Source: Spirochaetia bacterium (GTDB lineage Bacteria > Spirochaetota > Spirochaetia > UBA9216). From it: DNA of 64,000 bases. A model generated the notes under the pieces. That model made no database searches. It was given only the letters and a program-made list of their open reading frames with translations, and was not told the origin of the DNA. Where the stretch lies: the NCBI GenBank assembly GCA_963677925.2, contig CAXXYH010000004.1:1344001-1408000 (forward strand). The letters are read 5' to 3'. Below, piece by piece: positions 9,824 through 19,582 of this stretch (positions are counted from its first letter, which is position 1; each line of letters starts with the position of its first letter). Both the position numbers and the translations under genes were made by a program.

Positions 9824-11344
9824 ATGGAAATAATGGATTTAATTTTTGGTGCACTGCATAATATTTTTACGCCTACAGGACTTATATACATAATAGCGGG
9901 AGCCCTGGGCGGAATCGTGCTTGGAGCTATTCCCGGCCTGGGAAGCTCAACGTTGATGGTAATTCTGTTACCTATAGCCTACCGTCTGGATACCAACCTG
10001 GTTCTGGCGCTGTTTATTTCAATTGTAATCGGAGGTATGTCCGGCGGATGTATCGGGTCAATTCTTCTGGGAATTCCTGGTACTGCCTCGTCGCTGGCAA
10101 CGGTCTGGGACGGGTACGAGTTTACCAAACAGGGAGACCCTGTCCGCCCCTTAAGCGCCGCGGTAACAGTTAACTTTCTGGGAACCTTCCCTTCAATCAT
10201 TCTTGCAATCTTTGCCTGCCGCGGTATTGCAATATGGGCTGTTAAACTTGGGCCATGGGAATATGCCGCCTTATGTTTCTGCGCTATTCTGATGGTTGTA
10301 GGACTGTCCAAAGGCAACCTCGTAAAGAGTATGATTGGTGTAGGCCTCGCAATCTTTCTGGCTTCAATCGGTGAAGACCCCATAAATGCAAGCGGACGTT
10401 TCTTGCTTTTCGGACGTCTTGAGTTCCTAAAGGGCCTGAACCTTATCAGCGTAATGCTTGGTCTTTTTGCCGCCAAGATTATTCTTCTTGAATACGCAAG
10501 GGCAAGTAAGACTGAACAGAAAATCGATATCAAGGTTGGCGGGTACAAGTGGCCCGGAAAAGACCTTTCAAAGAATAAACTTCCCGTACTGAGATCCTGG
10601 ATACTCGGTGCTGTTGTAGGATTCCTTCCGGGCCTCGGCGGTCCTGTTGCTTCTGTTATGGGCTATTCCACCGAGAGAATGCTTGCAAAGGACAAGTCCA
10701 AATGGGGCAAGGGTGAGATTGCCGGTGTTCTATGCCCGGAAATCGCCAAGAACTCCGCAATCGGCGGTGCTCTTATTCCGCTTATCGCACTGGGTATTCC
10801 CGGCGACGCGGCCAATGTTCAGTTTATTACTGCCCTGAACGTTAAGGGAATAAACGTAGGTCCCATGTTCATGCGTGAACAGCCGATGATCGTTTACATC
10901 ATTTTTATTGCCGCCCTTATTGCCGCAGTAATCTGTCTTCTGTATGAAACATTCTGTATGAAGACCTTTCCAGCCCTGCTGAAGATTCCCTATCACTACC
11001 TCTATTCAATGGTTGTAATTCTGGCTTTGACCGGAGCTTTCATGACTACAGGAAGCTTCTTCGGTCTGATGGTCGCGCTGTTCTTCTGTCTGCTGGGGAT
11101 CGTTATGGATGTCTTCGGGGTGCCGAGTCTGCCTTTTCTGATGGCATTCATACTCTCGCCCATGCTTGAGCTCAATATCAGAAGGGGTCTGAACTATTCA
11201 GTAAACGGTTTTTCAGAGTTTTTCCGCAGACCTATATCCTGCGTATTTATCATAGTCGGACTTGGTGTTCTTATATACGGTTTCGTGGGACCTGTTATCA
11301 AGAAGGCGATAGCCGAAAGAAAAGCTGCGGCAGCAGTTAAATAA
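9824..11344 (+). CDS. tctA: Tripartite tricarboxylate transporter TctA
   Basis: GAIPGLG, GIPGTASSLATVWDGY, GFLPGLG and LGIPGD motifs; 506-aa membrane protein. Confidence 0.93.
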   Translation: MEIMDLIFGALHNIFTPTGLIYIIAGALGGIVLGAIPGLGSSTLMVILLPIAYRLDTNLVLALFISIVIGGMSGGCIGSILLGIPGTASSLATVWDGYEFTKQGDPVRPLSAAVTVNFLGTFPSIILAIFACRGIAIWAVKLGPWEYAALCFCAILMVVGLSKGNLVKSMIGVGLAIFLASIGEDPINASGRFLLFGRLEFLKGLNLISVMLGLFAAKIILLEYARASKTEQKIDIKVGGYKWPGKDLSKNKLPVLRSWILGAVVGFLPGLGGPVASVMGYSTERMLAKDKSKWGKGEIAGVLCPEIAKNSAIGGALIPLIALGIPGDAANVQFITALNVKGINVGPMFMREQPMIVYIIFIAALIAAVICLLYETFCMKTFPALLKIPYHYLYSMVVILALTGAFMTTGSFFGLMVALFFCLLGIVMDVFGVPSLPFLMAFILSPMLELNIRRGLNYSVNGFSEFFRRPISCVFIIVGLGVLIYGFVGPVIKKAIAERKAAAAVK

Positions 11345-11412
11345 ACTGAAATTTTATAAATCTTCGCAAATAGCAGGGCAACCTGTATTTGAATATAAAT
11401 TTGGAGGAAGAA

Positions 11413-12477
11413 ATGAAAAAGGTAATTGTATTACTCATAGCAGTTGGACTGATCTTCAGTCTCGCCGGTTGTGACAAAACAAAATCCGCAGAAGGTTCAT
11501 CAGCTAAATCTTCTGAATCAGCATCATGGCCCAATGGTGACATTACAATTCTGGCAGGTTATGCTGTCGGTTCAAGGACCGATATCAATATCCATACAGT
11601 AGCAGACTGGATTACAGACAAAACAGGTGCAACAGTTCGAATTGAGAACAACGATACAGGCGGCGGTGCCAACCTTGCCACCCAGCTTGTTCATGCTGAT
11701 CCGGACGGACAGACTCTTATGCTTATCGGTATGAACTGTATTGCAAACTACTACAGCGGTCTGTGGTCAGTTAACCCCTGCGATACAAGCCAGTTTAAGC
11801 TTGTATGCGGAGCTATTCAGCCCTATCCGGATTCAGGATGTATTCTCGTAACTCAGGCAAATCAGCCTTACAGCAACTGGGAAGAACTTGCAGCATATGC
11901 AAAAGCCAACCCCGGAAAGGTAACTGTAGCTTCTATTGCCGGAAAAGTTATGGACATCAAGATGAAGGGTCTGTTTAACGGAACCGGCGTAGCAAAGGAT
12001 ATCAGATGGGTTTCAACTACAAATGCAGATGCCTCTGCCGGCCTTTTAGGCGGAAATATAAATATAATCATTCTTGATGAATGGGCAGCCAGCGGCTACC
12101 TCAAGGATGACAAGGTTAAGGCAATCATCAACTCACGTGATAATGCTGATTATTCCTACTACAAAGACGGTGAAGAAAAGGATATCATCATGAGTGTTCC
12201 TACACTTATCGATGTTTTCGGTGAAGAAAAAGGCAAGGCTCTTGCTATTCCCAACCGCTCAATGTTCGTAGCTCCGGCAGACACTCCTGATGAAATTGTT
12301 GCTCAGATTGCAGAAGTCATTGATGCTCTAGGCGCAGAGACAGAGGGTGATTACTATGAGAGAACCCTTATTAACGGCGGAACTTCAAAGTACTACACAT
12401 GGCCGGGTAAAGAAGTTATGGATGAATGGAACAGACTTGATCCAATAATTAAAGATATTGTTGAAATGGCAAAATAA
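11413..12477 (+). CDS. tctC: TctC/Bug-family substrate-binding lipoprotein (divergent)
   Basis: LAGC lipobox; WPNGDI..GYAVG..D, ENNDTGGG, DGQTL, KANPGK and PADTP Bug-type motifs; GGAGG RBS before ATG 11413. Confidence 0.82.
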   Translation: MKKVIVLLIAVGLIFSLAGCDKTKSAEGSSAKSSESASWPNGDITILAGYAVGSRTDINIHTVADWITDKTGATVRIENNDTGGGANLATQLVHADPDGQTLMLIGMNCIANYYSGLWSVNPCDTSQFKLVCGAIQPYPDSGCILVTQANQPYSNWEELAAYAKANPGKVTVASIAGKVMDIKMKGLFNGTGVAKDIRWVSTTNADASAGLLGGNINIIILDEWAASGYLKDDKVKAIINSRDNADYSYYKDGEEKDIIMSVPTLIDVFGEEKGKALAIPNRSMFVAPADTPDEIVAQIAEVIDALGAETEGDYYERTLINGGTSKYYTWPGKEVMDEWNRLDPIIKDIVEMAK

Positions 12478-12511
12478 TTCCCCGCTTTACATTTAAAAAT
12501 AAAACCAATTG

Positions 12512-12532
12512 GGGAAGCCCTATGGGCTTCCC
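12512..12532 (+). terminator. Stem-loop after tctC
   Basis: gggaagccc-tat-gggcttccc perfect inverted repeat without a strong U-tract. Confidence 0.5.
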
Positions 12533-12568
12533 TGCATTAAAAGAAATAAAAGATTACCAGGAGTCTTT

Positions 12569-13948
12569 ATGAACCTTTCCCATACTCTCGCAGAATTTGT
12601 GGCAGAGACTGTATATGATGATATTGATCCGCGTGTTATAGAGACTCAGAAGAAATCGGTGATGGATGCCGTGGCAATTACACTCGGCGCTTCCGGTCTG
12701 GGGGACGGCTGCAGCCAGATGCTTAAAATTGCGAAGGACCTGTCGGCCGGAGGAAGCGGGGAAGCTGCTGTAATAGGATTCCGGGAACGTCTGCCCGCAG
12801 CCTGGGCAGCGTTTGCCAATGCTTCAATGGCGCACTCTCTGGATTTCGGAGATACTCATTTACGAAGCACAATCCATTCAAACTCATCAAGTTTTCCGGC
12901 AGCTCTGGCCATGTCAGAGAAGATTGGAAACATATCAGGCAAAAAACTTCTTGAAGCCCTGGTTCTCGGAAGCGAGGTCGCAGTCCGCATTGCCCTTGCA
13001 GCCGATGTTAATACACTTGAATACGGATTCTACATCCCCACAATCTATTCATCCTACGGAGCAACCGCGGCTGTTGCAAAGATTATGGGTTTAAGTGCCG
13101 AGCAGATTGTAAGCGCTTTTTCTTTTAATCTCTGTCAAAGCACCTGCAGCAGTGAGCTCGTCAACAATCCGAAAACTGCTCTAAGGTCCATTCGTGAATC
13201 CTTTACTGCCAGAAATGCTATTGTCGCCTGCTGTATGGCCCGGGAGGGGCTTACAGGTTTTGATGCTCCGCTGGAAGGAGAGCTTGGTTTTTATCATGCA
13301 TTTCTTCATGACAACTATACCGCAGAAAAGGCCCTTGACGGTCTGGGTACTCATTACGAAGCAGGTGATCTTACATTCAAGGTATGGCCCTGCTGTTTCG
13401 GAACTCATTCATCAATCACCGCAGCTTCAATTATTGCGAAAGAAGAGAATGTAAAGGCTGAAGACATAAAACATATTCAGGTCTCAATCGGAGCTCAGAA
13501 CAAAATGCTTTTTGAGCCGCTTGATGAAAGACGGAATCCCGAATCATCAATAATCGGGAAGTTCAGTATTCCCTTTACAATGGCTACAGCTCTAATCAAG
13601 GGGAATGTTGATTTAAACAGTTTCAGTAAGGAAAACCTTCAGGATAAGCAAGTCAGAGCTCTGGCTTCACTTATCGATTATACATATATGGAAGACTGGC
13701 AGCGGGGAAAGGAGGCCTGGACTAAGGTTATTATCGAAACCGCCGGAGGTACATTTGAACGCATGGTTACAAATCCATTCGGTACTCCCGAGAATCCGAT
13801 GGATGAAAACATGTTTGATCTGAAGTTTGATTCCTGCGCGCAAAATGCAGTTAACCCTAAGACTCAGCAGGAACTTGACCTGCTGAAATCTTCAATCAGA
13901 ACTCTCGAAGACTGTAAAAACATCTGTGAGTTTACAGAACTTCTCTAA
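12569..13948 (+). CDS. MmgE/PrpD family protein
   Basis: AAFANASMAHSLDFGDTH, FKVWPCC..TH, KFSIPF and GTPENPM motifs; AGGAG RBS before ATG 12569. Confidence 0.92.
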   Translation: MNLSHTLAEFVAETVYDDIDPRVIETQKKSVMDAVAITLGASGLGDGCSQMLKIAKDLSAGGSGEAAVIGFRERLPAAWAAFANASMAHSLDFGDTHLRSTIHSNSSSFPAALAMSEKIGNISGKKLLEALVLGSEVAVRIALAADVNTLEYGFYIPTIYSSYGATAAVAKIMGLSAEQIVSAFSFNLCQSTCSSELVNNPKTALRSIRESFTARNAIVACCMAREGLTGFDAPLEGELGFYHAFLHDNYTAEKALDGLGTHYEAGDLTFKVWPCCFGTHSSITAASIIAKEENVKAEDIKHIQVSIGAQNKMLFEPLDERRNPESSIIGKFSIPFTMATALIKGNVDLNSFSKENLQDKQVRALASLIDYTYMEDWQRGKEAWTKVIIETAGGTFERMVTNPFGTPENPMDENMFDLKFDSCAQNAVNPKTQQELDLLKSSIRTLEDCKNICEFTELL

Positions 13949-13964
13949 TTAAGGATAAAAACAA

Positions 13965-15125
13965 ATGAATAAAGAAAACATAACCATTCTGGGGGTAGGA
14001 GATAATATTCCGGGAATGGGATACTATGATGGTCTGTACGATCATGTTGCACCCATACTTCAGGATGCTGATATTACATTCGGTCAGCTTGAAACCGTTC
14101 TCATCGATGAAAAAATTGATGACCTGTTTCCCTTTGCTGCTTCACAGGCTCGAATGCCCTGTTCTTCAGATCCGAAAGTGGCTCCGGTGCTTAAGGATGC
14201 CGGCTTTGATATAGTATCATTCGCCTCAAATCACTCGCTTGACTACGGCCGTTTTCATTTCCTTAATACAGTTGATTATCTGCGGAATGCAGGTATGGAA
14301 GTTATCGGCGCCGGTGAAAACGAAGAAGATGCCCGACGCTTTTCAGTGATTGAGCGTGACGGAACAAAGATTGCCTTTCTCGGCTACTGCACAATACTGC
14401 CGCAGGATTACTGGGCGCAGGAAGCCCGTCCCGGTGTTAACCCTGCACGGGGGCATACATACTATGAGCAGATAGAGCATGATCAGCCGGGCACACCCTG
14501 CAGAGTGCACAGCTGGGCTCACAAACAGGACAAGGCGCATCTGCTTGATGATATTGCTCAGGCTAAAAAGCAGGCTGATATAGTTGTTGTTTCAATGCAT
14601 TGGGGTATTCATTTTACACAGGCCGAGATTGCCGAGTATCAGAGAGAGTATGCATATGAAGCAATTGATGCCGGTGCGGATCTAATCCTGGGGCACCATG
14701 CTCATATCCTCAAGCCTATCGAGGTATACAAGGGCAAGGTGATCTTCTATTCGCTTGGAAATTTTGCAATGACTGACCCTGATAAAATGGAGCGTGATAA
14801 AAAAACTCTTCGTCAGGATATGCGTACGTCAAAAAAACATCAGGAGATGGCCAGGATACGCAAGGGCTTCGGCACCGGCAACGCGGCCAAAACCTTCCCT
14901 GAAGATTGCTACTATTCAATGATAGCCAAGATTTCAGTTAAAGACAGAAAGATAGATCGCGTCTCCTATATTCCGGTCTACATTCCTGATGATTTCAAGC
15001 CCTACGCGGTGAAGAATGATGATCCGCTATTTAATACTATATTTGATTACATGAAGAATATTGATCAGATGATGAATATAGAAACTGCGTACAGCATAGA
15101 AGGGGATGAGGTTATTATTGATTAG
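13965..15125 (+). CDS. CapA-family metallophosphoesterase-fold hydrolase, cytoplasmic
   Basis: GVGD, GQLE, ASNHSLDYG, SMHWG, GHHAH and YSLGNF motifs; no signal peptide or TM anchor. Confidence 0.88.
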   Translation: MNKENITILGVGDNIPGMGYYDGLYDHVAPILQDADITFGQLETVLIDEKIDDLFPFAASQARMPCSSDPKVAPVLKDAGFDIVSFASNHSLDYGRFHFLNTVDYLRNAGMEVIGAGENEEDARRFSVIERDGTKIAFLGYCTILPQDYWAQEARPGVNPARGHTYYEQIEHDQPGTPCRVHSWAHKQDKAHLLDDIAQAKKQADIVVVSMHWGIHFTQAEIAEYQREYAYEAIDAGADLILGHHAHILKPIEVYKGKVIFYSLGNFAMTDPDKMERDKKTLRQDMRTSKKHQEMARIRKGFGTGNAAKTFPEDCYYSMIAKISVKDRKIDRVSYIPVYIPDDFKPYAVKNDDPLFNTIFDYMKNIDQMMNIETAYSIEGDEVIID

Positions 15126-15140
15126 GACATAAGCTTTTGC

Positions 15141-15244
15141 ATATGCAAATAGCACATTACCCGGAAGACTGTTTGTACGCATGTCACAGACTTTAATTTT
15201 CCGGGGATGATTTGTTTTTATTTAAAAAATAAACATGTTAGGCT
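15141..15244 (+). promoter_or_regulatory. Second copy of the tandem operator and extended -10, upstream of the glycyl radical enzyme
   Basis: atatgcaaatagcaca (15141) and ttgtacgcatgtcacaga (15173), 32 bp apart; TGtTAGGCT at 15236. Confidence 0.6.
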
Positions 15245-15308
15245 TAGCCAACTGATTTATTACATAGAAAATTTAAATCGCAATTAATGCATAAATAAGG
15301 GGTTTACT

Positions 15309-17720
15309 ATGACAGGTCGTGTTGAACGAATGAAAGAAAGTCTGCGGGTCAATAAATATCCGCTGTGTATTCAGCTGTTCAGGCTGGCAAATGAGTCTCT
15401 GGATATGACAGCCGGAGAGCCGATGCTGCTGCGCCGATCAAAACTGCACGCACATATTCTTGATAACATTGATATATTTATTGAAGAGGATGACTTACTC
15501 TGCGGATCCGGAGCAAGCAAGCCCTTCGGTCTTGAGATGCAGTATGAATACGGTGTCTGGACACAGGATGAAGTAGAGTCGCTTAAAAGTGAAATCTATA
15601 CCATCGATCCTGAAGATGAGAAAGAACTTTACGAACTCAACGAACGCTTTGCCGGAAATTCACTCAACAGCAACCTGGTTGAGACAATGGGTAAATCTCT
15701 CGGAATGACAGAACGTCTATGGCCCTTCATGAAATCAGGAACAATACTTCCTCCATGGAAGGACAGAACCGGAGGTTCCGGCGGCGGATTTGCAATGTCA
15801 GGATACGGTCTGGGCCCGGGCTTTTCCCTGGTTGGAATTGACTACTCACGCATCCTTAACGGCGGAGCAAAGTCTGTAATTGAAGAAGCAAAGCAGTGTC
15901 TTCTTGATCTCCGCTATGATTCTTCAGATGCAATCGAAAAGAGAAACTTCTGGGAAGGTATAATCATTGTTTATGAAGCATGGGTCCGCTTTGCAGGCCG
16001 CTATGCTGATCTTGCCGAGAAGATGGCTGAGGCTGAAAGCAATGCCGACAGAAAGGCTGAACTTATTGAGATGGCCAGAATCTGCCGCAAGGTTCCATAT
16101 GAACCTGCTGAAACTTTCCATGAAGCACTGCAGTCTTTCTGGTTTACCTTCCTGCTCGTATGTCCTTCACCTACATCAACAGCCGGCCGTTTTGATCAGT
16201 ACATGTATCCCTTCTATAAGGCTGATATTGACAGCGGCCGAAGTGATGACGACAAGATTCTCGAACTCCTTGAAATCATGCGCTGCAAGGTTATGAAAAT
16301 CAACCGTGTATCAGGAAAGGCAAACAGGGCAAAGAATGCCGGTATGGCAAAGTGGTATAACTGGACAATCGGCGGTCAGAAGGCTGACGGCAGCGATGCT
16401 ACAAATGAGCTGAGCTATCTTCTTCTTGATGCTGCACTTGATACGCATCTTCCCCACCACACCATCACTGTCCGCGTTCATAAGGGAACTCCTGAAAAAC
16501 TGATGGTTAAGGCTCTTGAGTGCGTAAGAAGCGGACTCGGTCTTCCAGCCTTCCTCGGGGATGAATCAAACATCAACTTCTTTACCTCACAGAGCGATAA
16601 AAACAAGCTTTCGATTGAAGTTGCCAGAGATTATGTAGCAACAGGCTGTGTTGATGCCAACGTTCCTTCTGTAACCAGAACTCAGGTAGCCTGCTTTTTT
16701 ATCATACCCCAGGCCATGGATATCTGCATGCATAACGGATACTGCCGCTATACAGAGGAAATGGTCGGTATGCAGACAGGCGATGTCACTGAAATGAAAA
16801 CCTTTGAAGAGTTCAAGGCTGCAATGCATACACAGATACAGCATCTGATGAGCATGGCAAATGAACGAATCAACGTAGAGCTTATAGCAGAACGTGATCT
16901 CTTTCCGGATGTCTTCCGCTCCTCACTTATGAAAGACGGCGTCAAGGTTGGTAAGGATATGTTCAACCGCCGCTTCGATTTTGAAAACGGTGCGGTTCTT
17001 GGTGCAGTCGGCGGTGTAAATACAGGTAACGCCATGTACGCCATCAAGAAGCTTGTCTTCGATGAAAAGAAATACACCATGAAGCAGCTGATGGAAGCCC
17101 TTGATGCAGACTGGGTTGGATATGAGGATATGCAGGCTGATTTTGCTGCAGTGCCCAAATACGGTAACGATGATTCTGAAGTTGATGCAATGGTTGCAGA
17201 AGTTTATCAGCTCCATGCCGATACATGCCACAGTCTGCCATGCGCCTATGGTGATTCGCTCAAGCCGAACGCAATTTCAATTTCTGCACACCAGCCCGGC
17301 GGCGCCTGTACAGGAGCTACTGCAGACGGAAGAAAGGGCGGAGAGATTCTTGCAGATGCTTCACTGTCGCCCGATCATGGACAGGATGTCCACGGTCCTA
17401 CAGCAGTTTTCAAGAGTGCGATGAAAGTCAACCAGGATCCCTACCAGGGAACACTGATGAACATGAAGTTTCATCCAACGAACATGAAAACTGAAAGTGA
17501 TTTAAAGAAACTCGGTGCCTTGATTAAAACCTACCTGACTAACGGCGGTAAGCATATTCAGTTTAATATTGTTAACCGTGAAGATATGGTTGATGCAAAG
17601 GTTCATCCCGAGGATCATCCTGAACTGGTAGTTCGGGTTGCAGGCTACAGTGCCTACTTCACACGCCTTACAGACGGTATTCAGGACGAGGTAATTAACC
17701 GAATGTCCCATACTTTATAA
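15309..17720 (+). CDS. Glycyl radical enzyme (PFL-like superfamily), substrate unknown
   Basis: 803 aa; GRFDQYMYPFY; Cys loop ATGCVD (Cys447); Gly loop VRVAGYSAYF (Gly779); TADGRKGG. Confidence 0.95.
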   Translation: MTGRVERMKESLRVNKYPLCIQLFRLANESLDMTAGEPMLLRRSKLHAHILDNIDIFIEEDDLLCGSGASKPFGLEMQYEYGVWTQDEVESLKSEIYTIDPEDEKELYELNERFAGNSLNSNLVETMGKSLGMTERLWPFMKSGTILPPWKDRTGGSGGGFAMSGYGLGPGFSLVGIDYSRILNGGAKSVIEEAKQCLLDLRYDSSDAIEKRNFWEGIIIVYEAWVRFAGRYADLAEKMAEAESNADRKAELIEMARICRKVPYEPAETFHEALQSFWFTFLLVCPSPTSTAGRFDQYMYPFYKADIDSGRSDDDKILELLEIMRCKVMKINRVSGKANRAKNAGMAKWYNWTIGGQKADGSDATNELSYLLLDAALDTHLPHHTITVRVHKGTPEKLMVKALECVRSGLGLPAFLGDESNINFFTSQSDKNKLSIEVARDYVATGCVDANVPSVTRTQVACFFIIPQAMDICMHNGYCRYTEEMVGMQTGDVTEMKTFEEFKAAMHTQIQHLMSMANERINVELIAERDLFPDVFRSSLMKDGVKVGKDMFNRRFDFENGAVLGAVGGVNTGNAMYAIKKLVFDEKKYTMKQLMEALDADWVGYEDMQADFAAVPKYGNDDSEVDAMVAEVYQLHADTCHSLPCAYGDSLKPNAISISAHQPGGACTGATADGRKGGEILADASLSPDHGQDVHGPTAVFKSAMKVNQDPYQGTLMNMKFHPTNMKTESDLKKLGALIKTYLTNGGKHIQFNIVNREDMVDAKVHPEDHPELVVRVAGYSAYFTRLTDGIQDEVINRMSHTL

Positions 17721-17744
17721 TTTCATTTTGTATTCCTTCACTTT

Positions 17745-17785
17745 GCGCCGGAAGCCCTTCACGGTTTCCGGCGCTTCCTTTTTTT
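17745..17785 (+). terminator. Rho-independent terminator after the GRE gene
   Basis: gcgccggaagcc/ggtttccggcgc stem followed by a T7 tract; lies between convergent genes. Confidence 0.8.
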
Positions 17786-17787
17786 AA

Positions 17788-18540
17788 CTACACCGGAATG
17801 ACAATTGTATGTCCGCAGGCCTCTGTTACAGCAGATTCCATCCCGTAAACCTCTTTAATATTCTCAGGATTTATTATCTCTTTCCCGCCTGCAGCATGTA
17901 CCCGGCCTTCCCTGATAAGCAGAAATTTATCTGAGTAGCGGAGCGCAAGATTAATGTCGTGCATTGTCATTACGGCAGCCATCGGTTTTGAATGGATTAA
18001 TCTGCCGATTCTTGCCATAAGCTGATGCTGGTGACTGATATCAAGACTGCTTGTCGGTTCATCAAAAAGTATCAGTCTGGGTCTCTGGGCAAGAGCCCGC
18101 ACTATCTGGACAAGCTGGAACTCCCCGCCGCTTAACTCGTCTGCATAGCGGAGTGCAAGCTCTTCCAGGCCCATCAGCTTGATAGCTTCTTCAACTATGG
18201 CATGATCTTCTTTTCGGGGAGACCAGTGAAAGTGAGGTTTTCTTCCAAGCAGAACCAAATCATATACCTTCATTCTGACGGGTTCGGAATGCTGGGCTAC
18301 CAGGCCCGTCTTTCTAGCCATTTCTCCATGGCTGATATCACAGCAGTTTTTTCCGTCAATTAAAACTGTGCCCCTGTCAGGAGAAAGTATGAGGTTGAGG
18401 CATTTTAGAAGAGTAGTTTTTCCCGCGCCGTTCGGACCGAGAATTGAAAGTATTTCGCCCTCTTTGAGTTCAAAGCCTGCATCATCAATAACCCGGCGGC
18501 TTTTATAAGCAAAACTCAGACCGTCTACCTTAAGAATCAT
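17788..18540 (-). CDS. ABC transporter ATP-binding protein (FecE/BtuD type)
   Basis: GPNGAGKTT Walker A, LSGGE signature, FDEPT, HDINLA. Confidence 0.93.
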   Translation of the reverse strand: MILKVDGLSFAYKSRRVIDDAGFELKEGEILSILGPNGAGKTTLLKCLNLILSPDRGTVLIDGKNCCDISHGEMARKTGLVAQHSEPVRMKVYDLVLLGRKPHFHWSPRKEDHAIVEEAIKLMGLEELALRYADELSGGEFQLVQIVRALAQRPRLILFDEPTSSLDISHQHQLMARIGRLIHSKPMAAVMTMHDINLALRYSDKFLLIREGRVHAAGGKEIINPENIKEVYGMESAVTEACGHTIVIPV

Positions 18541-19580
18541 CTGTTCCTTCCTGCCACAAGTAAATATATAAAGAGCGGCCCGCCGCAGATTGAGGTAAGG
18601 ATTCCTACGGGAAGAACCATCGGGGTTAAAACTGTTCTTGCCGCTGTGTCGGCTGCAAGAAGTATTATCGCGCCAATCAGCGGAGAGCTGATAAGCAGAA
18701 ACCGGTGGTCTGAGCCAAGCAGCCTTCGGGCAATGTGGGGACCCAGAAGACCGATAAATGCTATGGTTCCGAAAAAGGATACTATGACCGCCGAGATCAT
18801 GGAGGCGGCTGCCATTCCCGCAATACGCAGGGCTCCTGTCTTAATTCCAAGACTTTTAGCCGTATCCTCTCCGGTATCAAGGGCATTGAAATCCCACCGG
18901 AAATAAAAAAATGCAATGAATAGCGGAATGAGTACAGACGCTGTGATTACAAGCACGCGGTTGTTCGCCCTGCCCAGATCTCCGAAAGTCCAGGAAACGA
19001 TGCTTGCCAGCTGTACGCTGTCTGCCAGGTACTGCATTAAAGTCAGTCCGGCGGAAAAAAGAGAACCGATCGCAATTCCGGCAAGGACCATACTTTCAGC
19101 TGAAATCCTGGTGAATACTGTCAGCAGCAGAATGGCTATTGTAGAAACTGCGCAGAAGAAAAACGCCGAAGCGGCGACTGTAAATGAACTGCTGATAATG
19201 ATAGTTGATGTAGTGCCTGTGCCTGCACCGAGAAATACTATTGCAAATGAAGCTCCGAAGGCCGCCGCGCTTGAAAGTCCCAGGGTATATGGTGAGGCCA
19301 GCGGGTTTCGCAGGACCGACTGCATTACAGTTCCTGAGAGTGAAAGACCGGCTCCGACCAGCAGGGCTGCAATAATACGGGGCATTCTTACATCCCAGAC
19401 TATACGGCCTGTGCCTGAATTATCGAAGCGGAAAACATAGGCAAGCACATCTTTCAGAGGAATTCTGATAGTTCCTGCAGATGCTGAAAAAACAACAAGG
19501 GCAGCAAGAATAATTCCTGCTGCCGATATGAAAAGAATGCGTTTACTTTGCTCTTTTTTGTAAGAGCTGTAGATATTCAT
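18537..19580 (-). CDS. FecCD-family ABC permease
   Basis: RMPRI, MQSVLRNPLASPYTLG, AKSLG and GTIAFIGL motifs. Confidence 0.93.
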   Translation of the reverse strand: MNIYSSYKKEQSKRILFISAAGIILAALVVFSASAGTIRIPLKDVLAYVFRFDNSGTGRIVWDVRMPRIIAALLVGAGLSLSGTVMQSVLRNPLASPYTLGLSSAAAFGASFAIVFLGAGTGTTSTIIISSSFTVAASAFFFCAVSTIAILLLTVFTRISAESMVLAGIAIGSLFSAGLTLMQYLADSVQLASIVSWTFGDLGRANNRVLVITASVLIPLFIAFFYFRWDFNALDTGEDTAKSLGIKTGALRIAGMAAASMISAVIVSFFGTIAFIGLLGPHIARRLLGSDHRFLLISSPLIGAIILLAADTAARTVLTPMVLPVGILTSICGGPLFIYLLVAGRNR

Positions 19581-19582
19581 TC

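Noticed and set aside
13965-15125. Poly-gamma-glutamate capsule synthesis (capA)
   Set aside because: No capB/capC genes and no membrane anchor; the gene sits in a catabolic operon
15309-17720. Annotation as pyruvate formate-lyase or choline TMA-lyase
   Set aside because: No Cys-Cys pair as in PFL, no GCVE loop, and no cutD or microcompartment genes nearby
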